NCBI GenBank assembly: GCA_034530615.2
Contig: JAVRCV020000059.1
Coordinates: 32,001 to 96,000 of the forward strand
Direction of reading: 5' to 3'
DNA length: 64,000 nucleotides
From: Aulosira sp. ZfuVER01
Lineage (GTDB): Bacteria; Cyanobacteriota; Cyanobacteriia; Cyanobacteriales; Nostocaceae
The translations under genes were made by a program, and so were the position numbers. The stretch's first letter is position 1. The number at the start of each line of letters is the position of its first letter. Shown one piece after another: positions 20,796 through 32,000 of the stretch. Below the pieces are notes generated by a model. That model was given only the letters and a program-made list of their open reading frames with translations. It ran no database searches and was not told the DNA's origin.

Positions 20796-22583
20796 ATGAT
20801 ATTTGCTATTATTCGACATCCAAAGCGGTTAGTTGCCTTAGTGCTGGCTTGTTTTCTTATTATCGTAGGTTGTCAGCCAGCGAAGTTTCAAACTAAAGCA
20901 GCTCAAGTATCTCAACTAGTTCTAGTATCTCTCAGTGAACCAGCTACTTTTAACTATGCCATTAATGACTCGCCCTATAGTGTTTTTCCCTTCATCTATA
21001 GGGGATTACTAGATGAAAATGTCATTACTAGCAAGTTAGAACCAGCGCTAGCAGAGTCTTGGTCAATTTCTCCGGATAAAAAGCGCATTACTTTTACCCT
21101 GAGAAAAGGGCTAAAGTGGTCAGATGGGGAACCGCTAACAGCAGATGATGTTGTGTTTAGCTATCGGGATATTTACCTCAACAAAAAAATTCCCACGACA
21201 TCTAGAGATTTACTGCGTATTGGAGATACAGGCGCTTTTCCATCGGTACAAAAACTCGATGAACGACGAGTTGAGTTTACTTTGCCTACACCATTTGCTC
21301 CTTTTTTAAGATATACAGAAAGATTAGCAATTCTGCCAGCCCATGCTTTGCGTTCTGCTGTGTTCTCTAATGATGCTAATGGCAATCCCCAATTTTTATC
21401 GATGTGGGGAACGAATACAGATCCGCAAAAAATTATCTGTAATGGTTCTTATACAATTGAAAGCTACACTCCTGCGCAACGAGTTACATTTCGACGTAAT
21501 CCTTACTATTGGCGCAAAGATACTCAGGGTAATTCTCAACCTTACATTGAACGCATTATCTGGCAAATTATTTCCTCTACGGACAATCAATTACTAAGAT
21601 TTCGTTCTGGGGAATTAGATAGCCTGAATGTCACACCATCAGATTTTGGGTTGTTGAAGCGAGAAGAAAAGCGCGGCAAATATACTATTTATAATGGCGG
21701 GCCTAGTAGTGGTTTTTCGTTTGTTGGTTTCAATCTTAATCAAGCTCGCAATGCTCAAGGCAAACCTTTTGTAGACCCAATCAAATCTCAGTGGTTTAAT
21801 AATTTGGCTTTTAGACAAGCAGTCGCCTATGCTATTGACCGTAACCGAATTAAAACTAACATCTATCGGGGATTAGGTGAAATACAGCATTCATCAATAG
21901 CTGTCCAAAGTCCTTATTATTTATCTCCGCAAGCAGGGTTAAAAGTTTACAGTTATAATCCCAATAAAGCAAGGGAAATGCTGTTATCGGCAGGTTTTCA
22001 GTACAATTCCCAAAAAGAACTATTAGATGGGAATGCGAATCGAGTTGAATTTGAAATGCTGGTAAAATCTGAGGATCAGTCAAGGATAGACGCAGCTGTT
22101 CAAATTCAACGAGACCTGAGTCAGATTGGAATCAAGGCCAATTTGCAGGTAGTTAGCTTTAATGTTGTACTGCGAAGGTTACTATCGCGACGCGATTGGG
22201 ATTGTTACGTTGGTGCATTTGGCGCTACAGGCGCAGATGTAGAACCTCATTTCCTCAACCTGTTTTGGTCTAGTCGCGGCTCATTTCATCAATTCAACCA
22301 AGGGCCGCAACCAGGCGCACCGCCAATTCAGGGATGGGTGGTTTCTGATTGGGAGAAAGAGATTGACAGTCTGTTCAACGCAGGTGTCCAAGAACTCGAT
22401 GAGAAAAAGCGTCAGGCGATTTATGGACGATTTCAGCAAATAGTTGCGGAACAGTTACCTGTGTTTTTCTTAGTCAATCCCATATCTTTGCAAGCAGTGC
22501 GCGATCGCGTCGCCAATATCAAGTATTCTGGCTTAGGTTCTGTCTTTTGGAACATTGACGAATGGCAAATTACAGAAAAATAA
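20796..22583 (+). CDS. ABC transporter substrate-binding lipoprotein (family 5, peptide/nickel)
   Basis: Lipobox IIVGC; PALAESW, FTLRKGLKWSDGEPLTADDVVF signature. Confidence 0.9.
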   Translation: MIFAIIRHPKRLVALVLACFLIIVGCQPAKFQTKAAQVSQLVLVSLSEPATFNYAINDSPYSVFPFIYRGLLDENVITSKLEPALAESWSISPDKKRITFTLRKGLKWSDGEPLTADDVVFSYRDIYLNKKIPTTSRDLLRIGDTGAFPSVQKLDERRVEFTLPTPFAPFLRYTERLAILPAHALRSAVFSNDANGNPQFLSMWGTNTDPQKIICNGSYTIESYTPAQRVTFRRNPYYWRKDTQGNSQPYIERIIWQIISSTDNQLLRFRSGELDSLNVTPSDFGLLKREEKRGKYTIYNGGPSSGFSFVGFNLNQARNAQGKPFVDPIKSQWFNNLAFRQAVAYAIDRNRIKTNIYRGLGEIQHSSIAVQSPYYLSPQAGLKVYSYNPNKAREMLLSAGFQYNSQKELLDGNANRVEFEMLVKSEDQSRIDAAVQIQRDLSQIGIKANLQVVSFNVVLRRLLSRRDWDCYVGAFGATGADVEPHFLNLFWSSRGSFHQFNQGPQPGAPPIQGWVVSDWEKEIDSLFNAGVQELDEKKRQAIYGRFQQIVAEQLPVFFLVNPISLQAVRDRVANIKYSGLGSVFWNIDEWQITEK

Positions 22584-22657
22584 CAAAGGTGCGATCGCCT
22601 TTTGCCATTACTCAGGAAAACTATGGCTAATTTAGGATTGGGGTAAATTTTATTTTT

Positions 22658-22687
22658 TTTAACCGTTTCCTAGCTATTTCTTAACTT
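22658..22687 (+). promoter_or_regulatory. Putative Pho box (SphR site)
   Basis: TTTAACCG / CCTAGCTA / CTTAACTT octamers at 11-bp period, resembling cyanobacterial YTTAAYYW repeats, upstream of a phytase gene. Confidence 0.65.
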
Positions 22688-22988
22688 TACCAGGATAACT
22701 TGAGGACACAATCACGATTGGGCCTGTTTTTAATTGTGTACTCTTAATATTCGAGATATCCAACTATTATTCTTTCTTTGTGTCTCTGCATGAGACTAAT
22801 TCTTTCTGCTACTCAGCAAATATGTTAACTACAGATAGTATTTTTAAATTAAAATTACCATCTTATTTTTAGTAACCGCCAAGGAGAAAAAAAGAGAATT
22901 GTTTGAATCATGTTTATTGTTTAAATCAAATTTTATAAATACCACTTTAAAATGAAAAATTTTATTCTAAAAATATCAAAGCTAATCT

Positions 22989-25900
22989 ATGCCAACTACC
23001 AAGACAATTCGCTTTTCCCAATTCAATGCTTCCCTAAATCGCAATGCTGACGGTGAGTTAATCACATATTTATCAACACCTAACAATGCTCAAGCGAAAG
23101 CCGTTGCAGAAATTATCCAGCGTAATAATCCTGATATATTATTAGTCAACGAGTTCGATTACGTACAAAAAAATCCTCTACAGGCAGTTCAATTATTCCA
23201 GCAAAATTATCTTGCTATCAGTCAAAATGGTGCAACTCCTGTTAACTATCCCTACTTTTATATTGCTCCTAGTAATACAGGAATTGCTTCTGGATTTGAC
23301 TTAAATAATGATGGTAAAGTTGTTACAACCCCAGGTGCATCAGGATACGGGGATGATGCTTTTGGATTTGGTAATTTCCCTGGTCAATATGGGATGTTGC
23401 TACTTTCTAAATATCCTATCGACACTGTTAATGTCCGCACCTTCCAAAATTTTCTTTGGAAGGATATGCCAGAATCTTTACTTTCTACTATCTCAACTCT
23501 TAATTCTAATACTTCCTGGTATTCGGCAGAAGAACAAAACGCCTTACGCCTTTCTTCCAAGAGTCATTGGGATGTACCGATAAAAGTGAACGGTGAGACA
23601 ATTCACGTTCTTGTTAGTCATCCTACACCACCAACCTTTGACGGAACCGAAGACCGCAACGGTAAGCGCAATCATGACGAGATTCGCTTTTGGGCAGATT
23701 ATATCACCCCTGGTAAAGGCGACTACATTTATGATGATGCAGGTAAAAAAGGTGGGATTGCTGCTGGTTCTAGCTTTGTGATTATGGGCGATCAAAATGC
23801 TGACCCTGTAGATGGTGATAGTTATGACAATGCAATTCGCCAACTTTTACAAAATCCTGGCATAAATACTAATGTTATTCCCACCAGTCCCGGCGCACCA
23901 CAACAAGCAGCTTTACAGGGTGGTGCAAACGCTAGCCAAAAAGGTAATCCTTATTTTGATACCGCAGATTTTGCAGATACGGCTCCCGGTAATCTGCGGA
24001 CTGATTATGTACTACCCTCCGCTGATTTGACGATTAGTAATTCCGCAGTGTTCTGGCCTGTAAATGATGACTCAACGTTTCCTTTAGTAGGTACTTTTCC
24101 TTTCCCCAGTTCTGACCATCGTTTAGTATTCGCAGATGTGGAAGTGGGAACAACGACACCAGGGAAAACTATTCCTAGTGCAGGATTTATCGGACAGACG
24201 ATCTTACCTACAGGCTTTATTCCCTCTGGTGTGGCGGGAACGGTAAATGGGGTAGAAGCAGTGTTGGGTGGGTTGTCTGGTGTCGCCTATGATGCGACTA
24301 AAAACCAATTTTATGCGATCGCAGACGATCGCTCTCAATTTGCTCCCGCCCGCTTTTATACTTTTACTACCGATCCTGCAAGCATTGCCACAACTGGGGT
24401 AAATTTCACCAACGTTACACCCCTAAAGGATACTAATGGCAATTTATTTGCACTCAACAGCATCGATCCAGAAGGCATTGCTTTAACTAACAATGGTACA
24501 GTTTTCATTTCCTCTGAGGGTGAGGTGAATCCTGGTGTGGGTCGTGTGACCAATCCCTTCATTAAAGAATTTTCCCTCACTACGGGGCAAGAAGTGCGAT
24601 CGCTTTCTGTCCCCAAGAAGTTTTTACCAGTAGTTCAGGACACTAACGCTAACGGTGTTGTCGATGCTGGCGATACCCAAACCGCAGGCGTTTACAATAA
24701 CTTAGCGTTTGAAAGCCTCACCATCACACCTGATCAAAAAACTCTCTTCACCGCCACAGAAAACGCTTTATTTCAAGATGGGCCAAAGGTTTCCCCTACA
24801 ACTGGTAGCCGATCGCGGATTTTGCAATACAATCTGGTAACTGGACAGCCAGAAAAGGAATATCTCTACATTACCGATGCATCTGTCACCCCAAACCCAG
24901 CGACAGGTGCAACTGATAACGGCTTGGTGGATTTATTAGCTATTGATAATCGGGGTACATTACTAGCGTTAGAACGTTCTTTTGCCCAAGGTGTAGGGAA
25001 CACAATCAAAATCTACGAAATTTCCTTACAAGGTGCAACGGATATTAGCAGTATCGACTCACTCAGCAGTTTGAGCGAAACTCAAATAGCTGCGATCGCA
25101 CCAACCCAAAAGCGTCTACTGTTGAATTTAAATGACCTAAATCTGCCGACTGGTACAGATAATATCGAGGGTATAGCTTTTGGGCCGAAATTAGCCGACA
25201 GTCGTCAATCGATTGTTTTGGTAAGTGATAACAACTTTAATACAAGCCAATTTACGCAAATTCTGACTTTGAATGCAGATTTAGTAACTACCGCCGCACC
25301 GATAGTAGAAACTCGTCCTGACTTATTTGACGATGACACATTACCGACAGATCAGCGTGCTGATGCTGATGATCCAGCTATCTATATTAATGCCAATAAC
25401 GCTGCTGATAGCCTAGTTCTGACTTCAGTGAAAAATGCCGGACTGCGGGTTTATGACTTGTCTGGTAAACTGTTGCAGGAAGTGAATCCTGGAGGAATTC
25501 GCTACAACAACATTGATTTGCAATATGGATTTAAATTGGGTAATGAAAAAATAGATATTGCTGTGGCGAGCGATCGCGGTAACGATAAACTAGCAATATT
25601 CAAAATTAACCCCAATCCCAGCACCCCAGGTAAGTATCTAGAAGATATTAGCGATCGCAGTCTTGGTACTATCTTTCAAGCACCACCATTTTTTGCTCCC
25701 TATTCCTCATCCTCTCGCAGTGCTTATGGGTTAGCTTTATATCGTAGTCCCATCACCAATGATTACTATGTCTTTACCAGCCGCCGAGAAACCGGAGATA
25801 TAGCGCAGTTTAAACTGATTGACAAAGGTAATGGCAAAATTGGTGCTGAACGAGTGCGAGAGTTTACCATTCCTTCCCCTTCCGATCCTGAACGTTCTGC

Positions 25901-28427
25901 TCAAACAGAAGGTATGGTGGTAGATCAAGAAACAGGCTTCCTCTACATTGGACAAGAAGATGTAGGTATTTGGAAGTTCCAAGCCGAACCCAATGGTAGT
26001 AATACAGGTAAGCTAATTGATCAAGTCAAAGCTTTGGGTGGTAGTTACCTCAGCGATGACGTAGAAGGTTTGACTATCTACTACGGTAAAAACGGCACAG
26101 GCTATCTGTTAGCTTCCAGCCAAGGTAATAATACCTTTGTTGCTTACACTCGCGAGGGTAACAACGATTATCTGGGTAACTTTGCTGTTGGTAGCAATGG
26201 GGCAATTGATAGTGTACAAGAATCAGATGGTGCGGATGTAATTAACGTACCTCTTGGCCCTAACTTCCCATTTGGTTTATTTGTGACTCAGGACGGTTCT
26301 AATGAACCAGCGAAAATAGTCCAAGATGAAGACGAATTTGAAAATATCAACTCTAACTTTAAGTTAGTACCTTGGGAAAATATCGCTCATGCTTTCCCTA
26401 CTCCTTTAAATATTGATACCACAAGTTACGATCCGCGCAATCCTGTTGCTCAACCGAAGCTAACTATCTATGACTTCAAAGATCTACCAAAATTAGGCAC
26501 AACTTCCAAAGGTGAAGATATTTTCTTGGGTGGTTTTTCTGGGTTGTATTTTCAAGGTATTGCACCTAATGGAAATCTGCGATTTGTTACCCATACAGAT
26601 AGAGGCCCCAATGGCGAACCTGTGGGTGCAAATCGACCATTTTATTTACCTAGCTTCCAACCAGAAATCGTTAATTTTGAACTCAACCGCACCACGGGTG
26701 AGATTACGATTACCAAGCGCACAGGGTTATTTCGTCAAGATGGTACAACCCCATTAACCGGACTACCAAATTTACAAGCTGGGGCGAATGGTACAGCCTA
26801 TACAGATGAAATTGGCGTTGATTTAGATAATAATCTCCTACCTAACGATCCTCTAGGTGCAGATTTAGAGGGAATTGTTGTTGCGAATAATGGTGATTAT
26901 TGGATGGTGGATGAATACCGCCCAGCAATTTACCATTTTGATAGTAACGGTAAATTAATTGAGCGATTTATCCCCAAAGGAACTGCAACTGCACCCAACC
27001 CAAATCGACCAGCCGATACTTTTGGGATTGAAGTATTACCAGAAGTTTACGCCCAGCGCCGCAATAATCGCGGCTTTGAAGCGGTGGCGCTAGAAGGTTC
27101 TAAACTTTATGCGTTTATTCAGAGTCCAATAGATAATCCTGATGTTGCCAATGATGGAACTTCTAAAGCTTCTCGCAACCTGAGAATTTTAGAGTTTAAT
27201 ATTAACAGCAAACAGGTAACAGGCGAGTACTTATATATTCTAGAAGGTCTACCTGGAACTGACAAAATTGGCGATGCGGTTTCCCTTGGTAAGGGCAAAT
27301 TTGCAGTTGTAGAACGAGATGACAATGCTACATCGGCTGGCAACAAATTAATCTACCAAATTGATTTAAAAGGCGCAACAAATATCAATAATTCTGCTAA
27401 ATTTAAATTACCAAATGGTAAGACCATTGAGCAATTAAGTCTGGCTGAATTAGCGACTGCCAAAATTACTCCTGTTAGCAAAAGCTTGATAGCTAATGCT
27501 GCACAGTTGGGTTACACCGGGGTAGAAAAATTGGAGGGTTTAGCATTAGTTGCACCCAACACTTTGGCTTTAATTAATGACAACGATTTTAACGTTACTG
27601 GTAAAACCCCTGCTGAGAGACTAGGACTTCTGGAATTACCTAATAACCTAGTGGTTGCTCAATCTAATATTCAATTTGGTTCTAGCAACAGCGATGATAT
27701 TAGCGTTAAGCCGAATCAAACCGTAATCACAGGTGACGGTGCAGATATTGTAGAGTCTACAGAAGGTAACACCATTATCACAGGTAATGGTGATGATACA
27801 GTATTTGCAGGTAGTAACTCTTCAGCATCTACAGGCGAAGGTAGCGATCGCGTTTTTGTTGGCGCTAATAATCCTGCTAAAAATACGACTGTTAATGGTG
27901 GCGCAGGTAACGATGAACTTACCGTAGTAGAAGCCAATGGGATTAATAACTTGTTTGGTGAAGCAGGTAACGACACCCTCCAAGTCATCGAAGGTTCTCG
28001 TCAAAACCTATATGGTGGTTCCGGTGATGACACTCTCATCAGTAGCGGTAGCAATAACCGTCTCTATGGTGGTACTGGAGATGACAAACTCTTCTCCAAT
28101 TCCAGTGACTCCTTATTTGGTGGTGATGGTGATGATGTGCTATTTGCTGGCGATCGAGGAAATAACCGCTTGACTGGTGGTAATGGCGCTGACTCTTTCT
28201 GGATTGTGAATGCTAGCCTCCCCACCAGTCAGAACATTATCACCGACTTTACCCCAGGAATTGACGTAATTGGGATTGGCGGTATTGGTGTAATTCAGTT
28301 TGGTGATTTGATGCTGTTGCAACAGGGTGATGATACTTTGGTGAAAATCGGCAATACAGAGTTAGCTTCATTGTTGGGAATTACTGCAAATACCCTCACT
28401 ACCAATGACTTCACTTTTATAGCTTGA
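22989..28427 (+). CDS. Multidomain phytase: endonuclease/exonuclease/phosphatase + phytase-like esterase + beta-propeller phytase + second phytase-like domain + RTX Ca-binding tail
   Basis: GDQNAD and SDH (EEP); GGLSG..DDR, DPEGI, NLAFES; DADDPAI, EGMVVD, DVEGL; GGxGxD repeats. Confidence 0.9.
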   Translation: MPTTKTIRFSQFNASLNRNADGELITYLSTPNNAQAKAVAEIIQRNNPDILLVNEFDYVQKNPLQAVQLFQQNYLAISQNGATPVNYPYFYIAPSNTGIASGFDLNNDGKVVTTPGASGYGDDAFGFGNFPGQYGMLLLSKYPIDTVNVRTFQNFLWKDMPESLLSTISTLNSNTSWYSAEEQNALRLSSKSHWDVPIKVNGETIHVLVSHPTPPTFDGTEDRNGKRNHDEIRFWADYITPGKGDYIYDDAGKKGGIAAGSSFVIMGDQNADPVDGDSYDNAIRQLLQNPGINTNVIPTSPGAPQQAALQGGANASQKGNPYFDTADFADTAPGNLRTDYVLPSADLTISNSAVFWPVNDDSTFPLVGTFPFPSSDHRLVFADVEVGTTTPGKTIPSAGFIGQTILPTGFIPSGVAGTVNGVEAVLGGLSGVAYDATKNQFYAIADDRSQFAPARFYTFTTDPASIATTGVNFTNVTPLKDTNGNLFALNSIDPEGIALTNNGTVFISSEGEVNPGVGRVTNPFIKEFSLTTGQEVRSLSVPKKFLPVVQDTNANGVVDAGDTQTAGVYNNLAFESLTITPDQKTLFTATENALFQDGPKVSPTTGSRSRILQYNLVTGQPEKEYLYITDASVTPNPATGATDNGLVDLLAIDNRGTLLALERSFAQGVGNTIKIYEISLQGATDISSIDSLSSLSETQIAAIAPTQKRLLLNLNDLNLPTGTDNIEGIAFGPKLADSRQSIVLVSDNNFNTSQFTQILTLNADLVTTAAPIVETRPDLFDDDTLPTDQRADADDPAIYINANNAADSLVLTSVKNAGLRVYDLSGKLLQEVNPGGIRYNNIDLQYGFKLGNEKIDIAVASDRGNDKLAIFKINPNPSTPGKYLEDISDRSLGTIFQAPPFFAPYSSSSRSAYGLALYRSPITNDYYVFTSRRETGDIAQFKLIDKGNGKIGAERVREFTIPSPSDPERSAQTEGMVVDQETGFLYIGQEDVGIWKFQAEPNGSNTGKLIDQVKALGGSYLSDDVEGLTIYYGKNGTGYLLASSQGNNTFVAYTREGNNDYLGNFAVGSNGAIDSVQESDGADVINVPLGPNFPFGLFVTQDGSNEPAKIVQDEDEFENINSNFKLVPWENIAHAFPTPLNIDTTSYDPRNPVAQPKLTIYDFKDLPKLGTTSKGEDIFLGGFSGLYFQGIAPNGNLRFVTHTDRGPNGEPVGANRPFYLPSFQPEIVNFELNRTTGEITITKRTGLFRQDGTTPLTGLPNLQAGANGTAYTDEIGVDLDNNLLPNDPLGADLEGIVVANNGDYWMVDEYRPAIYHFDSNGKLIERFIPKGTATAPNPNRPADTFGIEVLPEVYAQRRNNRGFEAVALEGSKLYAFIQSPIDNPDVANDGTSKASRNLRILEFNINSKQVTGEYLYILEGLPGTDKIGDAVSLGKGKFAVVERDDNATSAGNKLIYQIDLKGATNINNSAKFKLPNGKTIEQLSLAELATAKITPVSKSLIANAAQLGYTGVEKLEGLALVAPNTLALINDNDFNVTGKTPAERLGLLELPNNLVVAQSNIQFGSSNSDDISVKPNQTVITGDGADIVESTEGNTIITGNGDDTVFAGSNSSASTGEGSDRVFVGANNPAKNTTVNGGAGNDELTVVEANGINNLFGEAGNDTLQVIEGSRQNLYGGSGDDTLISSGSNNRLYGGTGDDKLFSNSSDSLFGGDGDDVLFAGDRGNNRLTGGNGADSFWIVNASLPTSQNIITDFTPGIDVIGIGGIGVIQFGDLMLLQQGDDTLVKIGNTELASLLGITANTLTTNDFTFIA

Positions 28428-28617
28428 GTGTTTCAGCTTAATTCAAAATAGGCCTATTGCATCAATTGATTTTTTAAATATCTACCCAAAGATGGATACA
28501 GATAAATATCTGTGTCCATCTGTTTTTATCTATCAATGATAATCGTTATATTCATGACATCTGAAACTTAAGATTTTTGCATTGACCACAAAATGGAACT
28601 GTCTGCAAACATCTAAT

Positions 28618-28714
28618 TTTAACCAAATGATAACTATATTTAAACCTGCTAAAACTTAATTACCAAACAAAATATATAAGTTTAACTTTTTGGTAATAAA
28701 CCATTCCTTAACCA
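28618..28714 (+). promoter_or_regulatory. Putative Pho boxes upstream of alkaline phosphatase fusion
   Basis: TTTAACCA/GATAACTA/TTAAACCT at 11-bp period (28618-28647) and ATAAACCA/CTTAACCA (28696-28714). Confidence 0.6.
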
Positions 28715-29082
28715 TTTCACAATTTTTTCAAAACTTTTGCAATGTATTTTAATTTATATGTTGTGACTTTTGATACTTAAATGCTCTAGCAGAATCTTAA
28801 TTCTAGTGATGGTTGATAGTTTATGGTTGAGCATTAATTACTTGAATAAAACACGGCACTTAATTAAAGAATAGAAATATCAGCCGTATCTTCGTCATTT
28901 GTTATTGGTTTTTATTGATGACAAATGAGCCGAGACTTCATCTGAAAAAGAGTGAATTATCTTAAAAGTCAATTACATACTTGAACCAAAAACTTATATT
29001 TTTGCCATCTCTAGTAGATTAAGTTTTTGATGCTACTGAGCAAAGACTATCTAGACAATTAAACACACGGAGATTCTCTTTC

Positions 29083-32000
29083 ATGGCTAAGAACGTCATC
29101 ATTATGATTGGGGATGGTATGGGCTGGGAAATGGCTCGTGCTGCATCCATATATAAAGAGATTCAAAATGGTAAGACAGGTGCTAATCTTAGCGATTTTT
29201 ATACAGAAGGTAAGGGTCAAGGATTAAACTTTCAAACGCTCCAAGGTTACGGTTTAGTAACTACCTATGGCACAACGATCGCAGATAGCAAAGGAGTATT
29301 TAGTACTGGTAACTCAGCTCTAGATGGTACTAATCCAATCACTGGTGAGAGTCCGGTTCGTCCTGGTTTCAAATTTGACCCAACTTTTAACCCAGGTAAT
29401 ACCCCAACAGGTGGTGCAAAAGTCAGTGACGGTGCTGTTGGTAACTTAGTAGGTTACGACCCAGCTAAAGGTGGCGTTAACCCTTGGACTCCTGGTAGTG
29501 ACCCGGAATATATTAAATACAGCTATCCCGACTCTGCAAACACTGCTACTACTCTCTACACTGGAGTCAAAAGCTACAACAACGCTATTGGCGTTGATAT
29601 TTTTGAAGATCCTCTGGAAACAATTCTCAAAACCGCCAACGAAGTTGGTAAATCAACTGGTTTGGTAACTTCAGTTCCCATCGACCATGCAACACCTGGT
29701 GCAGCGGCTGCTAACGTTAACCGTCGCAGCAAGTATGATGGCGACTATCCGGCATTGGATAACATTCTGCAACAGGAACTCCGGGTCTATCAACCAACGG
29801 TATTACTTGGTGGTGGTCATCCACTCTCTGCACCTGGAGACATATTACCAACAGGGGTTGAGCCAAATACAAGCAATGAATTTATTGGTAAGGATACTTA
29901 CAAAGAACTTAGCACTAAACCAACTAGTAACCGCTACGATTACACCTTTTTAGAGCGGGGTCAGGATGCGGCCAAGAAATTAGCTGAAACTGCGGCAAAA
30001 CTCGATCCAGAAAAAGGCGATCGCCTCTTCGGTCTGTACGGTGCGCGCGGTCAAAATGGTAACTTGCCTGTCAGTTCTGCTAACGGTGACTACAGCACCA
30101 CCGGTTTAGATATGTTTAGCGTTTTCACTAACCAAGGTGATAACGCAAAAGTAGATACCAAGCGTCCTCTACTTCCAGGGGAGACGGATGCATCTTTTAT
30201 TGCCAAAGAGGTTAACGAAAACCCCACCCTCAATGACCTGACAAACGCTGCATTAAACGTTCTGGGTAAAGACCCCGACGGTTTCTGGTTGATGGTTGAG
30301 GGTGGCGATATTGACTGGTCAGCCCATGATGACAACATGGACAACTTGATCGGTACCACGTTGGACTTCGATAAAGCAGTTGGCTCAACAATTGACTGGA
30401 TTAACAACAATGGTGGTTGGGAAGACAACCTCCTCATCGTGACTGCTGACCACGATCACTACCTAACTCTCAACGGTGACTTTCCGACTTTAGTATCAAA
30501 TAAAGGTGCTGAAGCGTTAACCAACCTGGATACACCAGCAGAAGTAGGACACTACTGGGGTTCCGATCCTAATGTTAAGTATGGTTGGGGAAGCCACGCC
30601 AACCGTCCAGTACCCGTCTACTACCAAGGTGCTGGTTCAGAAGTGCTAACTAACTTGGCAGGTAAAGGGTATGAAGCCTACGGTTATCAGATTCCTGGAA
30701 TTGCGGGTTTAAACGATCAAACCCACATTTACCAGACGATGTTCGCTTCCATAGTACCCAAAGTTGAGTTAGTCGGTTTTGCTTCTCTCCCAGCTGACAC
30801 TTTTAGCGAAGGGCCTGCTTCTGGTAAGGGAATTTCCGCCAACGGTAGAACCGGGCCTTTCCCCGGACAGCCAGTACAAGGCTTTAGTGGCGTACAATTT
30901 GCTAACAGTAACTCTTTCTACTTCCTGTCAGACAATGGCTACGGTAGCAAAGATAATAGTGCAGATTTTCTGCTGCGTATCCAACGTTTAGACCCGAATT
31001 TTAAGGGAGCAGAAAATGGTGATGGCAGCGTCAAGTTTTTAGACTACATCCAATTATCTGACCCAGATAAAAAGGTTCCTTTCAAAATTGTGAATGAAGG
31101 AACTACAGAAAGAGCGCTGACTGGTGCAGACTTTGATGTTGAGTCATTTGTCTTTGATAAAGACGGTAGCATCTGGGTAGGTGAAGAGTTTGGCCCCTAT
31201 TTATTGCATTTTGATAGCACTGGTAAATTGTTAGAGGCCCCTATTGCTACACCCGACGAATTCAAGACTTTAGATGGTAAAGCGCCAAAAGTTCTTGGTC
31301 ATAGAGGTGCAAGCGGCTATCGTCCAGAGCATACCCTTGAGTCATATAAACTCGCTATTGAGCAAGGTGCTGACTTTATTGAGCCAGACTTGGTAGTTAC
31401 CAAAGATGGTGTGCTAATTGCCCGCCATGAACCTGCTTTAGCAATTTTGAATGCTGATGGTACTGTCAATCTCAGCAATACAACCACAGATGTTTACAAC
31501 CGTCCTGAGTTTGCTAACCGCAAGAAAACTGTAAGTTTGGATGGAACCCAAATTACAGGTTGGTTTGCTGAAGACTTTACTTTAGCTGAAATCAAACAAT
31601 TACGGGCAGTAGAGCGTTTACCTTTCCGCGATCATTCCTTTGATAGCCAATTGGAAATTCCTACCTTGAAGGAAGTGATTGATCTAGTAAAGGATGTGGA
31701 AGCTAAGACAGGGAAAAAGATTGGCATCTATCCTGAAACCAAGCATCCAACTTACTTCCAGCAAGAAGCTACTTATGTAGGCACTACAGAGAAAATTAAC
31801 AGAAATATTAGTCAGCTGTTAATCGATACTCTGAAAGCAAATAACTTCACCGATCCTAGCCGCATTTTCATCCAGTCCTTTGAAGTAGGGAACCTAAAAC
31901 AGCTGCATGATACGATCATGCCTGCCGCTGGGGTGGATATCCCACTTGTGCAACTTTTGGATGCTAGTGATGTTGACATCAACGGCAAGATTATCGAAAG